Source: a virus
Lineage: Duplodnaviria > Caudoviricetes
Reading direction: 5' to 3' (one strand)
IMG/VR virus record: IMGVR_UViG_3300037467_001267
Span: 8,096 to 72,095 of that record
Length of the DNA stretch: 64,000 nucleotides
Below the pieces are notes generated by a model. That model searched no databases and was not told the origin of the DNA. It saw only the letters and a list, made by a program, of their open reading frames with translations. Position numbers and translations under genes: made by a program. The number at the start of each line of letters is the position of its first letter. Position 1 is the stretch's first letter. Shown here piece by piece: positions 62,446-64,000 of the stretch.

Positions 62446-62605
62446 AGCCTAGCACACTCGTGACGTACACGACCATGGACGGCCGGTTCCATATCGTCTG
62501 TACGACGGCATGGTTCTGGTCGCTCGACCTACTCACAGGGGCGTGCGTCTCGCTGCCTTTGGCGCACGCCCCCGAGGCGATCAAAAGGGCGAAGGAACTA
62601 CAACA

Positions 62606-62809
62606 ATGACTACCCTGGAGCGACTACAACAGCTTAACCGGCGGGACACGTTCGCCCTAGATCATCTGTGCGTGATCTGGAACTCGCGGCGGAAACGCGA
62701 GCGTGTGCGCAGGGTCATGGCCAAGGTCGAGAAGTTGCGAACGCGAACCTGGAACCACTACATGGAGCGGCAGCCGCGACAGAACGCGAACGCCGACGAA
62801 GCACGATGA
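62606..62809 (+). CDS. Basic hypothetical protein
   Basis: AAGGA RBS. Confidence 0.5.
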   Translation: MTTLERLQQLNRRDTFALDHLCVIWNSRRKRERVRRVMAKVEKLRTRTWNHYMERQPRQNANADEAR

Positions 62810-63132
62810 TTAAGTACACATGGCGGGTGATCGTCATCCAGGAGCGCACGGTCATCTTCGATCGACTCGACCCGTCCCGGAACGGCACATGTTACTTGAA
62901 ACGTGAAGTACGTACCTGGCCGCGGCAGTACAACTCCGTCCAGGCAGCAGAGCAAGCCCAGCGAGACCACTTCGCTGGGAAGAGCCGGTACAGCAGATTC
63001 ACTTACCCTCCCGAGGCGAAATGGGAGTTAGAGGAGATCCAAACATGTCCCAACCAATTCGACCCTCTGCTGCTTACACCATTACGTTCCCGAATGGAAA
63101 GGTTGCGACAGGCACGCTCGTCGCAGTCCTAG
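62806..63132 (+). CDS. Hypothetical protein
   Basis: Coupled start. Confidence 0.45.
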   Translation: MIKYTWRVIVIQERTVIFDRLDPSRNGTCYLKREVRTWPRQYNSVQAAEQAQRDHFAGKSRYSRFTYPPEAKWELEEIQTCPNQFDPLLLTPLRSRMERLRQARSSQS

Positions 63133-63320
63133 TCGGCGGTGTCCAGTACGGTCGCGATGTAATCACTGACGTCTACGATCTGGAGTTTGACGACCCGCTG
63201 GTGACCCAGTTCGCCCGCCCGTTCCGCGAGACCCGATTCGTGTTCGAACGTGCGAACGGTTCACGGTACGTCGTGCCCGACTCCTACCTCCGCCGGCAGA
63301 CCATGAATAAGTTCGGGTGA
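63045..63320 (+). CDS. Hypothetical protein
   Basis: GAGGAG RBS. Confidence 0.55.
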   Translation: MSQPIRPSAAYTITFPNGKVATGTLVAVLVGGVQYGRDVITDVYDLEFDDPLVTQFARPFRETRFVFERANGSRYVVPDSYLRRQTMNKFG

Positions 63321-63352
63321 GGTTTGGGGCATGAAAATTTTGAGAATTTTGG

Positions 63353-63381
63353 TTGATCTCCTGTGCCGTGGAGTTTAGTAT
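63353..63381 (+). promoter_or_regulatory. Early sigma70-type promoter
   Basis: TTGATC-17-TAGTAT. Confidence 0.7.
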
Positions 63382-63401
63382 TAGGGCAGATAGGAGATAG
63401 G

Positions 63402-63605
63402 ATGATGAAGCTGACGAACGGACAGACGGTTGTGATGGCGGACGGTTCGGAATTTTCGAACATTGAACGTCGCGGCAGCTATTACTACGGGCGACTGGAG
63501 AAGTCCGCCCGCCCGATCCAGGGCTTCCACCTTCAGGTTCTCGATTCGCGAATCGTCGGCGGACGCTACCAGTTCGCGAAGTCGATGGTTGTCGAGGCGA
63601 AATAA
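63402..63605 (+). CDS. Hypothetical early protein
   Basis: Shared leader. Confidence 0.65.
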   Translation: MMKLTNGQTVVMADGSEFSNIERRGSYYYGRLEKSARPIQGFHLQVLDSRIVGGRYQFAKSMVVEAK

Positions 63606-63620
63606 TTTTCCGAAAGTTGG

Positions 63621-63648
63621 TTGACTCTTTTCCCGACCTAGGTAGTAT
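63621..63648 (+). promoter_or_regulatory. Early sigma70-type promoter
   Basis: TTGACT-16-TAGTAT. Confidence 0.75.
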
Positions 63649-63671
63649 AGGGGCAGATAGGAGATAGGAAA

Positions 63672-63875
63672 ATGAAATTCGAAATCGGACATCGGGTGTC
63701 GGTCGCGGGTCGCGGGATGGCGACGGTGGTTGCGAACGAAGTTGGGTTTGGGACGTTGCCCGACGATGTCGCGGTTCGGCAGTACGATGTGCGGCTCGAT
63801 GCTCCGCGCATCTCCTCGATGACCGGGCAGCCGACCATGTCTCCGATTCGCGTCACCGAAGACATGCTCAAGTAG
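63672..63875 (+). CDS. Small SH3/KOW-like early protein
   Basis: FEIGHRVSV..ATVV..YDVRLD pattern; shared leader. Confidence 0.6.
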   Translation: MKFEIGHRVSVAGRGMATVVANEVGFGTLPDDVAVRQYDVRLDAPRISSMTGQPTMSPIRVTEDMLK

Positions 63876-63936
63876 CCGAAACGGCCGCATGGTCGTCTGC
63901 CGGAGATTAACCCCCCGGCACTGACGAGGCAGGTTA
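63875..63936 (+). ncRNA. Type II hammerhead ribozyme
   Basis: GCC-GAAA-stem III-GUC-stem I-CUGACGA-GGC with all core nucleotides, plus TAACC/GGTTA pseudoknot. Confidence 0.9.
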
Positions 63937-63958
63937 CCTCAAGATAGGAGAAAGCGTC

Positions 63959-64000
63959 ATGGCGAAGAAGAGCACCAAAAAGGCGAGCAAGCCCGCGTTC
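63959..64000 (+). CDS. Start of a Lys-rich protein (3' truncated by window)
   Basis: AGATAGGAG RBS, ATG 63959, MAKKSTKKASKPAF. Confidence 0.55.
   Translation, partial: MAKKSTKKASKPAF

Noticed and set aside
56365-63671. CRISPR array or DGR suggested by repeated motifs
   Set aside because: The repeats are promoters, leaders and hairpins separated by whole genes, not by 30-40-nt spacers. There is no reverse transcriptase or TR/VR pair.
1-64000. Prophage or temperate module
   Set aside because: No integrase, recombinase, ParA or CI/Cro divergent pair is seen, and no host genes flank the phage genes. Such a module could still lie outside the window.
1-64000. Stop-codon reassignment
   Set aside because: Conserved genes (TerL, MCP, TMP, PolA) are full length in the standard code and end in TAA, TAG or TGA.

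Overview
This 64 kb window is a slice of a GC-rich tailed dsDNA phage genome (siphovirus-type). Essentially all genes are on the + strand. No integrase, repressor module, CRISPR array or reverse transcriptase is visible. Gene order: nucleotide metabolism (class II RNR C-terminus, radical SAM/SPASM, NDT-MazG fusion, MazG-like, J-domain/VRR-NUC); terminase; putative lysis genes and an 8-gene fibre/decoration block placed unusually before the portal; head (portal, gpF-like, scaffold, P22-coat-like MCP); GTA-like tail (tube, G/GT frameshift chaperones, tape measure, DUF2460, DUF2163, NlpC/P60, central tail protein, DUF2793); replication and nucleotide-modification module (MoxR/vWA, SNF2, primase fused to an MCM-like helicase, MazG-like, thymidylate-synthase homolog with the cytosine-specifying Asp, dNMP kinase, dCMP deaminase, PolA); and an early region of small genes driven by repeated sigma70-type promoters. 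The most notable features are non-coding. (1) A canonical type II hammerhead ribozyme at 63875-63936, with covarying intercistronic hairpins in the same early region, suggesting an RNA-processing layer. (2) Two inverted-repeat-flanked elements (4121-4303 and 37657-37827) whose AT-rich cores lie in opposite orientations and which bracket the whole virion module. (3) A second dispersed inverted-repeat element (2138 and 56151). (4) A tRNA-like RNA with two T-loops at 879-978. (5) A structured leader before the MCP. Protein-level points of interest are a predicted cytosine-modification pathway, an unannotated Rmf-like small ORF and a trypsin-like protease among the fibre genes. All family assignments come from motif recognition by eye; no database searches were run.
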